Positions 48,600 through 60,016 of a stretch of DNA of 64,000 nucleotides are shown in pieces (the first letter of the stretch is position 1; each line of letters starts with the position of its first letter). Position numbers and translations under genes: made by a program. The stretch spans positions 489,459 to 553,458 of the forward strand of contig NW_003314309.1 of the NCBI RefSeq assembly GCF_000143415.4, written 5' to 3'. A model generated the notes under the pieces. It was not told where the DNA came from and made no database searches. It was given only the letters and a program-made list of their open reading frames with translations. The DNA is from Selaginella moellendorffii (taxonomy: Eukaryota; Plantae; Lycopodiophyta).

Positions 48600-50683
48600 T
48601 CTCACTCTTTGCCGATGCGACGCTCGAGTTCGAGGACCGGGTTTCGGCTGAGTTTCAAGATAGTACGAGGCTGGTCACCTCAGATGTGGCTGAGGCGACT
48701 GAGTCTGCTCGGACACAGTGAGTCTGCCAAGGTCAGAACGAAACACCTTGGTCATTCTGTAACTTGACAGATAATCTATGCAAGAGAGTGGCTGAAAGAT
48801 GCGACCATAGGCAGAGAGCAGACGAAGTATCTTGTTATGGAAGCTATGCGTGGTGGCTGCCAGGTAATGTTTCTTACGTTTAGCTAGCTGAGATTTGTTT
48901 TTTGCTTTCCAGGGCCACCGTGCTGAGCTTAGTGCTGTTAGAGTCGCTAAAGCATTGGCTGCCATGGATGGTCGTGATGAAGCTGGTGTTGACGACCTGA
49001 AGAAGGCGGTAGGCTTGCGATGTACATGTTGAACGTGAGTGAAACCGTTGTGTTTGTTGTTCAGGTGGAGCTTGCGATTCTACCTCCGCTCTACACTGCA
49101 AGATGCGCCTGAACAGCAAGATAACCAGAGACCGCCACCACCTCCACCACCTCAGAATCAGCAAGAAGAGCAGGAGAAGGACGATGAAGTACGTCAGTAT
49201 CGAAACTTTGTATTCCACTAAACAATTTCTATCCAACACAGGAAGATGACGAGGATGAAAGAGGAGTTTATTTTCGACGCTGAAGGAGGACTTGTAGACG
49301 CTCAGCTGCTCTCCTCTGCACAGCAAGCCCAGCGGCGGAAGGGGAAAGCTGGACGAGCGAAGAATGTGATGTTCTCAGGAGATAGAGGACGATATATCAA
49401 ACCGATGCTTCCGAAGGTGATCTGAGAAGCTACTCCGTCTGAAGGTTGACAATCATCGCTACTGTTGCAGGTCCAGTTAAACGGCTAGCTGTGGATGCTA
49501 CACTCAGAGCCCGCGGCCCCGTATCAAAAGCTCCGGAGACAACGAGCCATTGAGCAAGGTCAATCCAGAAAGGTGTACGTCGAGCAGTCGGACCTGCGGG
49601 CCAAAAGAATGGCTCGTAAAGCTGGAGCTTTGGTATGTTTTCTAGTGTATCTTTCAACATGTCGTTGCTTGATGTTGGAAATATTATGCAGGTGATTTTT
49701 GTGGTTGATGCGAGTGGAAGCATGGCACTTAGTCGTATGAACAATGCAAAAGGTGCAGCCATGCAACTTCTTGCTGATAGCTACACGAGCCGTGATCAGG
49801 TGAACATCCGGTTCAAGCTCTCTGAAAGAGTATCTTAGTGATGTGGTTCTGCAGGTTTCCATCATCCCTTTCAGAGGTGATTCGGCTGAAGTTCTTCTGC
49901 CACCATCTCGGTCCATTGCAATGGCCAGAAAGAGATTGGAACGATTACCTTGTGGTGGTGGCTCCCCGTTGGCTCATGGTCTTACCACGGTACGTGTTGT
50001 TGTCAACTTACGTCCACTGTAGGCTGTACGAGTGGGGCTTAATGCTGAGAAAAGCAGTGATGTCGGACGGGTTATGATCGTTGCCATCACCGATGGTCGA
50101 GCTGATGGATCGCTCAAGAAATCCCAGATGCTCCCAGACCTTCGCAACAGGAATTGAAGGTGCAACTTGAGTTCATCTACATCTTGATTTTTTACTGTCT
50201 GAGAACAGGAGGAGATCAGAGAAATTGCTGGGAAGGTTTACAAAACGAAGTTTATTTCCACCGGATTTGCCACGTCCACTGTAGGCTGTACGAGTGGGGC
50301 TTAATGCTGAGAAAAGCGGTGATGTCGGACGAGTTATGATCGTTGCCATCACCGATGGTCGAGCTGATGGATCGCTCAAGAAATCCACTGGGGACCCCCA
50401 GATGCTCCCAGACCTTCGCAACAGGAATTGAAGGTACAACTTCAGTTTATCTACATCTTGATTTTTTACTGTCTGAGAACAGGGGGAGATCAGAGAAATT
50501 GCTGGGAAGATTTACAAAACGAAGTTTATTTCCACCGGATTTGCCAAAGAAATTGCTAAACTTGAGCTGCATCTTTGAAAAAAACCTGTGGTTTCAGGAA
50601 AATACTACTATCTTCCAAATGCTTCTGACGCGGTCGTGTCAGCTGCTACGAAGGAAGCTCTCACGGATTTGAAAGCCAAGTAA
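48600..50683 (+). pseudogene. CHLD: 5'-truncated, intron-containing Mg-chelatase subunit D pseudogene
   Basis: GCQ|GHRAEL, Pro/acidic linker, [29 protein letters not shown], v[36 protein letters not shown]. No N-terminal AAA exons. Frameshifts at about 49260 and 49511, in-exon deletions and an internal duplication. Confidence 0.88.
50011..50546 (+). repeat. About 262-274 bp tandem duplication of CHLD exon-intron-exon segment
   Basis: CGTCCACTGTAGGCTGTACGAGTGGGG starts at 50011 and 50273; both units end CCGGATTTGCCA. Confidence 0.9.
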
Positions 50684-50829
50684 GAACGGATGACGAAGAA
50701 GAAGACTCAGATTTTGAGAGCTTTAAGCTGCTGAGCTTCTCAGCTTTTGTTGCCATTACACCAGATCATTCAACTTTTATAACTCCTGGAAGGGACGGCT
50801 TTTGTAGCGCCAAAGTTGCCCTAGAAGCT

Positions 50830-52664
50830 ATGCCGGCAGTGGTCACGCAGTGGGAGAATCTGTGGGAGCTGAGCAGGAGGCTCCTGCAACCTCCGCCCAG
50901 TCGCGCCTATGCATCCACCCTGGGCGATCTGCAGGATGCTTCCGCCCTGCTGCTGTTCATGGACCAGACATGCGACTTCCGGGAGGAGCAGGTTCTGGGC
51001 GCAGTGATTGGCCTCCTCTACACCACCGAGCTCTTCTCCGCCTCGCCCCAGGCCAAGTCCGATTGCGCGTGCCACCTCTCGGCCTCCGGAGTGCAGGTCT
51101 TCCAGCTCGACTGCTTCGTTGCATACGGTGAGCATCTGCTCGCCAACGGGTTCCAGAGCACCGGAGGAGGAGACAGGGACAACATGACGGAGGGGATTGA
51201 GGACGCCTGGTTGGACTTTTGCACGGCGAGGGGCGTTCAGGGTGAGCCGAGCTGACGACGGTCATTTTTGAGTTGACGTGTGTGTATTTTATTTGATTCA
51301 GTGGTGCGCAGCGAAGTCGAGGACAAGTATCCTGTTTTCCCAGCTGAGGATGAGGCGGAACTGTTTTCAAGCCCATTTCGCAGAAAAAGGAGCAAGAAGA
51401 AGAAGAAGAAGACTAAGAAGCGTAAGCTTGTGGTGTCAACTTTAGTGCTCAGTTTTGTTGGTTTCTTTTTCCCAGGTGAAAGCGATGCTAGCAGCAGCAG
51501 CAGCAGCAGCAGCAGCGGCAGCGGCAGCAGCAGCATGAACCCTAGAGGTAAGTTCTTGTTTCGTTTGTTACTTCAAACACTTGTTGCACTGATTATTTGG
51601 CTTTCCAGCTCCTACCTGGCCGCTTGGATTCTCTGGTGACAGCGTTCCCACGTTTTTCGAGCTTGCTCATCGGATTCTTCACTCTAAGTTTTTCCTGAGC
51701 CTACCTCTGGAGAACTTGGTACGTTGTTTTTGTGAGATGTTTGTGACAACCAAGCCTTGCCTGATCCTCTCATCTTGTTCAGGGCCACAACTACCAGCGC
51801 TTCTGCAAAGAAACCAAGGATCCGGATGGCTGGGTCAAGGCCTACGCGGAGATGGCTCGCACGGAGCCGGTTCTACCGGTTGATTCGTTTCGTAGCCCGG
51901 AAGAGAGTAGTTATCCCCTCCTCCGTTCGCAGCTCAGGAAGCTCTTGGAAGGGTTGAGGTCCCACGGCAGAGGTACGCTGCTCCGAGCTCTTTTCACCTC
52001 GAGGCCCCCCTTGTCAATGCTTCCACACATCCATGCAATGGTGGATTGCACCGTCCATGCAAGGCTCTGGCTCTTGGGCATTGATCACACCATCTACATG
52101 GAGTCTGAGCTAAGTTGTCTGTGTTTTTCTTATCTTTCTTATTTTTTTGGTGTGGATTTTGAGCATTTTATTGCTTCTGATAATCAGACGCTGATCTGGG
52201 TTGTCGAGGCGCCGCAAAGGAGCAGCAGGAGGTGTATACTTCCATCTATCTGCAGGAGCGAGTGCCTTCATGCGTGGAGTTGCTGCAGCGTCTACAGTGT
52301 CATTCTTGTCTTTGTGGCAGCTGGGGCGGGTAAGCTTTTGATAACTGCTTTTCGGTTTTTCATTCATATGTATGCATGCAGAGTTTTGGAGGTGCTGGTT
52401 CTCACTCCACAGGATTATGATACCCTCGGAGCTCCGGACAACGAGATGTGGAGAGCAGTAAGGAAGCACATCCGCTACTCCATGTTCTACGCTGAGGGGA
52501 AAAAGGTTGATCCAGAGCTTGTCCTCCCGGAGGTTGTTCGCAAATATCGGCCTTTTATTCATGTGGATCGTAAATGGGCTAGGCTCCATCCTTCCCTTGT
52601 ACATGCCGAGCTGCTGCAAGTCCCACCCATGGCTCCTAACTCATCGGTTGTATTCCTAAGGTAG
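50830..52664 (+). CDS. Orphan/lineage-specific multi-exon hypothetical protein
   Basis: GC-rich open exons separated by short T-rich GT-AG introns. Contains an NLS-like RRKRSKKKKKKTKK and an (AGC)n poly-Ser stretch. No family recognised; exon structure approximate. Confidence 0.55.
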
Positions 52665-52753
52665 TCTAGCAATAATACTTTTTTCTAAGCTGATAAATAT
52701 TCGCTCCAACAATCTTTTAGATTTGTATGGCGATCAAAAACAAAATCACTCTT

Positions 52754-52781
52754 CCCTAAACCCTAAACCCTAAACCCTAAA
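52754..52781 (+). repeat. Interstitial telomeric repeat (CCCTAAA)4
   Basis: ccctaaaccctaaaccctaaaccctaaa at the gene/retroelement boundary. Confidence 0.9.
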
Positions 52782-53465
52782 ACCGGAGTTCGGTTGGAAA
52801 TGCACTATGATGCTTCGCAATGGTGGGGAATTGCGAAAGGGTGATTTTTGGAACTGGTGGCAGGGATGTACTGTCACACAGGTGGTAGGTGGCTGCAGCG
52901 ACATCGTAGCACTTCCACGCCATTTGACGTTGAGGATGGTGGGTGGATTCTGTGGTGGTTGACGCGAGGTCATGCGAGGTCTCTTTGGAGACTTCCTCTT
53001 TGTGGTGCTTCACGAGGGGGTTTGTGCGGACAGCCCAAGTTCTTTCGAAGATGGGGCCCATTTCGAAGTGTTCTCGAGCACCTCTTTGCTTCACGGTGGA
53101 GGGATGCAAGCTCCAGCTAGACGAGTCGGACGAAGTTCACGCCCCGAAGGTAGAGTTGCAACTGCGGACTACACTTTGTGGATGCAACGACGGGATTCAC
53201 TTGGCATCTTCAGGTTCGAGTGGAGGAGTGCCTCGGGACAAGCTTCGAGTGTCTCGGGGCATAGCAGGTCCTGGGAGGCGAGACGAGTGGTCCACGAGCG
53301 ACGCCGGATCATTGTGCTTAAGTGAGTGAGCTTCGCTAGAGAGTTTCTCGAGAGTCCGCTCTCACCCTCACTGACACCGTATGGGTTAAGTGAGGGATCT
53401 ATCTTTGTACTTTTGCCACACATGGTGGTCCCTTGGGGACGATGGGGAAATGGATATACCAGTTA
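52782..53465 (+). mobile_element. Non-autonomous LINE-tailed element, copy 1 (5'-truncated)
   Basis: Homologous to 54490-54975 joined to 55911-56028. Ends ..GGGGACGATGGGGA..CCAGTTA, followed by CTCGAACCGGGGACCTC. Confidence 0.7.
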
Positions 53466-53482
53466 CTCGAACCGGGGACCTC

Positions 53483-56028
53483 CTCATTCTCGCCCTAAGT
53501 TTTTGAGGAGAGAGCTCGAAGGCGCTAGAGAGAGAGTGTGGGAAAGAGGGAGGGAGCGAGCGTCCAGCGCGGCACAAGCATCGCAGACCGCAGCAGCAAC
53601 ACACGGAGCTCGTCTCCCTCCTCTTTCTCCTCTTTTCCCTCGCTCTCGGTCGGTTTTTTCAATTTCTCCCAAACGGCTGGGAGAAAATTCGATTCCTTCG
53701 ACAGGGGGCTTCTAGGAGTGGAGCTCCACATCCTCCTAGAAGGCCGCAGCGAGATCTGCCACGGATCTGGAGATCTCGCTGGCCCTAGGTCGTCACTGAT
53801 TTTTAGGGTTCTTCGGCGGCAGCTAGGGTTTTTCGGGGCTTGGAAGATCTGGAGGAGTGGAGAGGGCCGTCAGCAACACCACAGCTGCAACAGCAACACG
53901 CAGATCACTCAGCTCTCCTCTCCTCCTCTTCTTTTCGCTTCTCTTGGTTCACAGTTTTTTGGGAGCTCATAACTCCTAAACGGCTGGGAATTTTTTCACC
54001 AAAATTCACAGGTGGATAGTTGGGATGAGATTCACATCCTCCCAAAAGCGCAGCTCCAAATTCTTCGCGGTTTCAGAGATCTCGCCTGCCCTAACTCGCG
54101 GCTAGGGTTAGGGTTCTTGGCTGGCGGCTAGGGCTTCTGTCCTAACTGCGGTTAGGGCAGGACTTAGGGTGGCGGCGGGATCTTCGATCTGGCCACTCTA
54201 AGTGTCAAGGATCTTCGTCACATGTGGTTGGTACGGCAGCAACATGGTGGAAACGCGGCCGTTGCTGGTCTCGCAGCTTCGAGCGGGATTTCTCGCCTTA
54301 GGTCTGGCCATGCAAGGTGGTGGCTAAGGTATGGAGAGCGTGGGGCTGCATGCGTCGAAGGTTCTTGGCGACTTGTGTCATGGAAACATGACCAAGTCAT
54401 GAGAACTTTGTCACTGGTGGAGGATAATCTGGGACGACGTCTCGGCATAGCGAAGAATCCACAGTGGATGGACGTGGAAGAAATGACGGGCGGATTTTTG
54501 GAACTAGTGGCAGGGATGTGCTGCCACACGTTGGACCGCTTGGCTGCGACGAGGTTGGGCTGGATTGACGTGGAGTCATCCAAGAATTTCCCACGGGATC
54601 TTCTCTCCGTGGTGCTTTTCGAGGGGGTTCGCGCGGACAGCCTTGGTTCCTTCGAAGATCGTGTCTTCTTGGACCGGGCACATTTCGAAGTGCTCTATAG
54701 CACCTTTTGCCTCACGGTGGAGGGATGCACGCTCCAACTGCGCGTTGGAGGAAGATCACGCCCCACAGGTAGAGCTGCACGACAGAGTGGCTTCATGGAA
54801 ACCAGAGATGGGACCGGCTTGGCATTTTCGCGTCCGAGTGGAGGAGTGCCTCGAGGCAGGCTTCGAGTGTCTCGGGGCGTAGCAGGTGGCTCTAGTCACG
54901 CGGTGGAGTCACCTGGGAGGCGAGGGGAGTGATCCACGAGCGGCGCCGGATCATCGTGCTCGAGTGAGTGAGTTTTGTCAAGACTACCTCTTGGCTTGCA
55001 GCGCAGGGGGGCCTCCCGGTGGGAACTCGCTTCGCAAAGACGACAGCCAGACAATGCTCGGAGTGTAGAGGGGAAGAGACAGTGGGCCATCTCCTCTGGG
55101 AGTGCAGAGTTGCTCGGGCCTTCTGGCACCAAGTCGTGAGGATCGCTGGATCCTTCAACACCTCGGACGTCTTCAAAGTCCGCGCGGGGGATGTTGCACA
55201 GTGGTTCGCAGAGGCACGAGGAGTTCCAGGTGGCTCAGCCTGGAGGCGATTGGTGTGTGTGGGCCGTCACGGGAAGGGCTTCCGCGCCCAATGGGAAGAG
55301 TTCAGCGACACGGCAGACCTGACAGTGTGGCAGGTGCTCGGACACACCAGGTGGGCAGCCATGAGGGCTGTAGGAGTGCAGACCCTTTGGGAGGCCCGAA
55401 ACAAACATCGGTTCGAGAGTGTTACAGCTAGAGTTTGCGCGCTTATGGCAAACTGGTGGCGGATGCTGCTAGCCTCTATACGGATGGGGCTCACCCTGCG
55501 ACAAAAGAGTGACAACGCTTCTCAGGCTCTGGTTGCTAGGGATGGGTATGGACTCGGACCAAGGTATACGATGGAAGTGGCGTCTTCCAGCCCGCTTTGC
55601 AGCCTCAGCACGGAGAGGCGATGTACAGCTGGATCAAGTGAGGCGCACTCAGGGGAACGAGGCTCCGGTGCTTCTCCTTCACGCCCTGCCAGGCCCACAG
55701 CCAGAAGGCGGAAGCCACGTCAGTTCCACCAGCAGCTCCGCTCCAGAAGTTCACGCATGAGTAGCTACCACTTGCGCAGTTAGGAGGCTTCACTAGATAG
55801 AGCACCCCCCCCACCGACCCGATGAGGTGTCAGGGGGGGAACATTTTTTGTACCAAGTGTTGGTCCCTATGAGGAAAATAAAACCCAGAGTTACTCGAGT
55901 GAGTGAGTTTCGTAGAGAGTTTCTCGAGAGTGCGCTATCACCCTCACTGACACTGTATGGGTTAGGTGAGGGATCCATCTTTGTACCTTTGCAAAGGGGA
56001 CGATGGGGATAATAAAACATACACGTTA
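53483..56028 (+). mobile_element. Non-autonomous LINE-tailed element, copy 2 (about 1.6 kb, interrupted by a LINE fragment)
   Basis: Flanked by a 17-bp TSD YTCGAACCGGGGACCTC (53466-53482 and 56029-56045). Ends in GTTA. The 5' part has two diverged about 300-bp subrepeats. Confidence 0.75.
54976..55893 (+). mobile_element. L1/Tx1-like LINE 3' fragment (zf-RVT region plus 3'UTR)
   Basis: TSWLAAQGGLPVG..C.EC..EETV.HLLWEC, LWEARNK.RF. Perfect 17-bp TSD CTCGAGTGAGTGAGTTT at 54959-54975 and 55894-55910. Confidence 0.9.
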
Positions 56029-56097
56029 TTCGAACCGGGGACCTCTCGGCTAGGGGGTTCTCTTAAGTTTGTGTGCTAGCCAAGTGGCCTCAACCCA
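56029..56097 (-). other. Degenerate tRNA-like (Pol III A/B-box, SINE-head-like) sequence; apparent insertion target
   Basis: Minus strand reads GGGTTGAGGCCACTTGGCTAGCAC...GAGAGGTCCCCGGTTCGAA: weak A-box, variable loop/T-stem and GGTTCGA T-loop, cut off by the inserted element. Confidence 0.5.
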
Positions 56098-56919
56098 CAT
56101 CCTTGAAATTTATCTATCTCCACTTAGACTTATTGGAGAAATGGCCCGTGGGATTAGTGCCGATTAGCAATGTGATTAGGAGGGGAGTTAAGCCTCTTCG
56201 CACAGCAATCCTTCCCCATCATTCGCCACTAGGGCTAGGGTTTCGGGCACTGTTTTTGGGGCGCTGAGCGTGGAGGGGATATTGGATTGTCGTGGGAGTT
56301 ACACCGTTGGAAAGCCCTCGTCAAGCCACCCACTTCCACAGAGACGGATCTCGATTCCGACTCACGCTGCGCTCGTGCCATCCGGTGGGGACGGGAACAC
56401 GGTTTCCCTTGCACCTCGAGATCCGTGAGGGCACTGGAGCCGTGCTTCGCGCCGCAGTGGCAGGGCACAGTCTCAGACGTGGCGGTGCAGACGGATTGGG
56501 ATTTCGTTGCATGGCTAGTGTGCTGGGGTGGCATGTGTGTGCAGGGGAATTGGGCGGTAGATGCTGGTGGGGCTTTGGGAATGCAACGTGTTATGTACCG
56601 TTAGAAAGCCCGCATCAAGGGGACCATGCCGGTGTAGTCACCTTGCCCGTGTGCTGCCGCCCCATCTCAATGCCCTGTCGAAAACGGCACACGCTATTAT
56701 CCACTGGACGATGGATGCCACACTTTGTGTGAAATTGTTTTCGGCTGTACCGGGGCCTGGGGGCGTCGAGGGGAACGCGGCGGTGTGCCCCGTGCGGGAA
56801 GCTCGCGCACGGTTTGCGAGGAAACGGCCCGAGAGCGTCTCTACGAAGCATATTCCCATTATTCCTTAATAAATTAAGTGGAAAATAAAAAAATAGCAAA
56901 AGGCAATGGGCTCCGGTTT

Positions 56920-59900
56920 GGTCAGGCCAGATTGCACTCATCCCGAAGCGAGGGGACCTGCAGGAGTTGAGGAATTGGCGACCGATCACGATGTTGAACA
57001 CGGTCTATAAGATCTTCGCAAAAGCCCTGGTGCTTCGGCTGCAAGAGGTCATGCCCAGCATCATCCGGGAACAGCAGACAGGATTTGTACCAGGCAGGCA
57101 GATTGCGGAGAACATATGGACGTACCTTCTGGCCCAGCGATGGTTCAAGGAGACAGAGCAACAGATAGTAGCGTGGCTGCTGGACTTCGAGAAGGCTTAT
57201 GACCGCGTCGATTGGGAGTTCCTCGAGGAATGCCTGCAGAAGATTGGTTTCCCCTCGGCGCTTGTCGCGTGAATAGCTCTACTATACCGGGGATCGACAA
57301 GCACAGTCGTGATCAATGGAGAAGTTGGCCCCAGCTTCACGCTGGGAAGATCAGTCCGCCAGGGGTGTCCCCTCGCCCCATACCTCTTCTTGGTGGTCGC
57401 TGAAGCATTGGGGACGTTCCTTCATGAGGGCGGAGTTCGAGGAGTTGCTCTACCGACCAGCAGGACTCAGATGATGGATCTGAGGGGAGGGCCCAGAGAG
57501 TTGCTGGATGGAGCTTTCGCGGATGACACTACCCTTTTCCTGCTAGCAACAAGAGAGAACTTGGATCTGGCGCGTCAACTCCTGGAGACGTACAACCTGG
57601 CCTCGGGAGCAGCAATCAACTGGAATAAGTCCGTGGGGTGAACTGGAGCAACGCAAACGTGGAAGCCTGGGGACGTGAGGTTGGGTTTCAATGGCTGCCG
57701 CCTCAGGAGAGTACACACTATCTCAGCCTTCAGGTGGGACAAGTCTTCAAGGCCTCCATGCAGGATGACTACTTGCTCGCACGAGTCCGAGCAACGATCC
57801 AGCGCTGGACCCCACGCAAACTCGGGCTCCCGGCGAGGGTGGTGGTAGCCCGAAGTATAATCCTGCCAGGCATATGGTATCACGTTGCCATATGGCCAGT
57901 GCTAGAGGCCACTTTAAGGAAAATCCGCAGCATGGTAAGAGTGTATTTGTGAGGTGAACCAGACCAGAACAATGTCTAAGGTAGCGTGGCGGTACACAAC
58001 GCGACCTAGGGACTTCGGTGGACTGGGTTTAATTGATCCCAGCGACATGGCGAAAGCACTCAGGTACAAAGTCATCTTGTTGGCTCTGCAGCCAGGTGCC
58101 CAGCCATGGAAACTCCTGATGAGAGAAGGGCTCTTGGCTATAAGGCCCAAACATCACCCTGGGAACCAGACTCGAGATGGATGTTCGCAGAAGGTGCAAC
58201 GCAGGTGGTTGGAGGAGGTCCATTGATGCAGGGCATCCACAGACTGTGGCGAGCGTTTCCCCTCCAACGTGTGATCCCAGCAAGGGCAGAAGAGTGGCTG
58301 CAACAGCCTCTCTTCTTCAACCCCCTCTTTACCAGCGGCAACACTACGTTAGGAAGGGAGAACCACTTCACCATATGGAGACGACTTCACCGAAACGGGC
58401 TGCGAACGGTTAAGGATCTCCTAAAGGTGGTGGATCGGATTGAACAGGTGACACTGGTGAACCTACGGAGTTATGATCCCGGGCAACGACCGCGCCTCAG
58501 AGAGGATGCGCTCCGACTCATGAGAGCAGTCACAGCAGCGCGAGGAGAGAAGTGGCCTCGACGCCGCATCTTGGCAGGGGACTTTATCCTGGTCCAACCA
58601 GGGAACGTGGAGGGTCAGAAGCTCATGGATCTGGGAGAGTGGACACAAGACTGCACAGAGCCGATAGTGCCGTGGGACCCGCAGAAAGAGCTCGACGTCT
58701 GGTTCGTGGACTCCCCGACAGGCAACATGGGATGGAGATATAAGATAGAGCAGGGGGGCATATTAGAGCCGTCAGGCGACTTGCAGCTCATGCCCAGGGT
58801 AACGAGAAGCGAAGTCAAAGGCCGCATTAGAGTGATGCGACACTCCACTAAGGCGCTACACATAGTTGACACTGTTCGACAGCGTGAGGGCCCGGTGGTG
58901 TTGCTTTGGTGGCGGCAGGCTCTGGTGGAGGACTTAGACTGGGATCTGGCAATGTGGCGACGAGAGGGGAACGACTTCTTCTCGTACGAAGTCCAGGAAG
59001 CTTGCAGCAGCATCAGGACGACAAGAGAGCTGGCGCTGGGCGAAATTCCGAAGCTATGGCGAACCTGGATCGCGCAAGGAGTTGGGCCAGAGAGAGTGAT
59101 CGAGAACACACTGGAACTGTGGAAGCTCACCATCCCAGAGAAAGCAAAAGCGACGTCCTGGCTGGCAGCGCAAAGGGGCCTCCCAGTTGGCTGTAGATTC
59201 GCGGAGCCAGTAGCCAGACAATGCACGGAATGCGGAGTGGTCGAGACGGTGGCGCATGTCCTGTGGGAGTGCGACGTGGCAAAGGAACTCTGGATGCAGG
59301 TTATCAGGATGTCTCACTCTTTCGACACGAGGGAAGATTTCGAGGTTCGCCTAGAGGACGTGACCCAATGGTTTGAAGAGGCGAGGGGCATCCCGAGCGG
59401 AGCAACGTGGAGACGAGTCATGTGCTTTGGACGGCATGGCCGGGGCATGCATACCGGATGGGACGAAGTTGGAGCTGAGAGAGGTTCCCCTGTTTGGCAA
59501 GTGCTGGGAAAGGACAGGTGGGGGATACTGCGCGCAGCGGGCGTCCAGGTGTTGTGGGAGGCTCGCAACAAGATGCGCTTCGATGGGACAGAGGCCCGTG
59601 TATCAGCCATGGTAGCAAACTGGTGGAGGATGACTCTGGCGGCAGTGAGAGTAAAGTACGCCCTGCTTCGGACAGGAGGGAAGGAACAACGGCTCAAATC
59701 GTTTATTCAACACTGGACCCCCGGGCTGGGAACATTGGAAGATGCCGGAGTCAAGTGGAAGTGGTGTATGCCCGATCGGTTCGCAGCATCAGCCCGTAGA
59801 GGAGACATCAGATTGGACCGCCTCCGGCTGAATCGAAGGAACGCTGCCTCGTTGCTCCTACTGCCTGCAGCGAGTAACCAAGTCGGACATGGACACTCTC

Positions 59901-60016
59901 TTTAGAGTTAGTCTCGCTCACACCTTTATGTGGCCGTTTGCGGCACAAAGAGGGAGTTTTGACTTGTAATTATTGCACGTATAGGTGGGACGATGGGGAA
60001 TAAAACATAACAGTTA
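56920..60016 (+). mobile_element. 5'-truncated L1/Tx1-like LINE (RT plus zf-RVT), disrupted by stops and frameshifts
   Basis: LIPK..D...LRNWRPITMLN..YKIFAK; QTGFVPGR.I; LDFEKAYDRVDW; SVRQGCPLAPYLF; FADDT; INWNKS; GGLGLID; C.EC..ETV.H.LWEC. 3'UTR ends GGGACGATGGGGAATAAAACATAACAGTTA. Confidence 0.93.

Noticed and set aside
52754-52781. True chromosome end
   Set aside because: Only four units, with genes continuing on the distal side.
53423-53440. TGGTGGTCCC as an LTR primer-binding site (tRNA-Ile-like)
   Set aside because: The same sequence is in a bona fide LINE 3'UTR (about 62409), no gag/pol follows, and the TSDs are 17 bp rather than 4-6 bp.
53320-53482. Hammerhead ribozyme / Penelope pseudo-LTR in the repeated tail unit
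   Set aside because: A GAAAC..GUA-like arm exists on the minus strand in one copy, but there is no CUGANGA core, and the associated RT is L1-type rather than Penelope-type.
54222-54932. 236-aa ORF in the non-autonomous element (180-aa counterpart at 60289)
   Set aside because: Non-ATG starts, no motifs, differences between copies are largely amino-acid changing, and the frame is not kept in copy 1.
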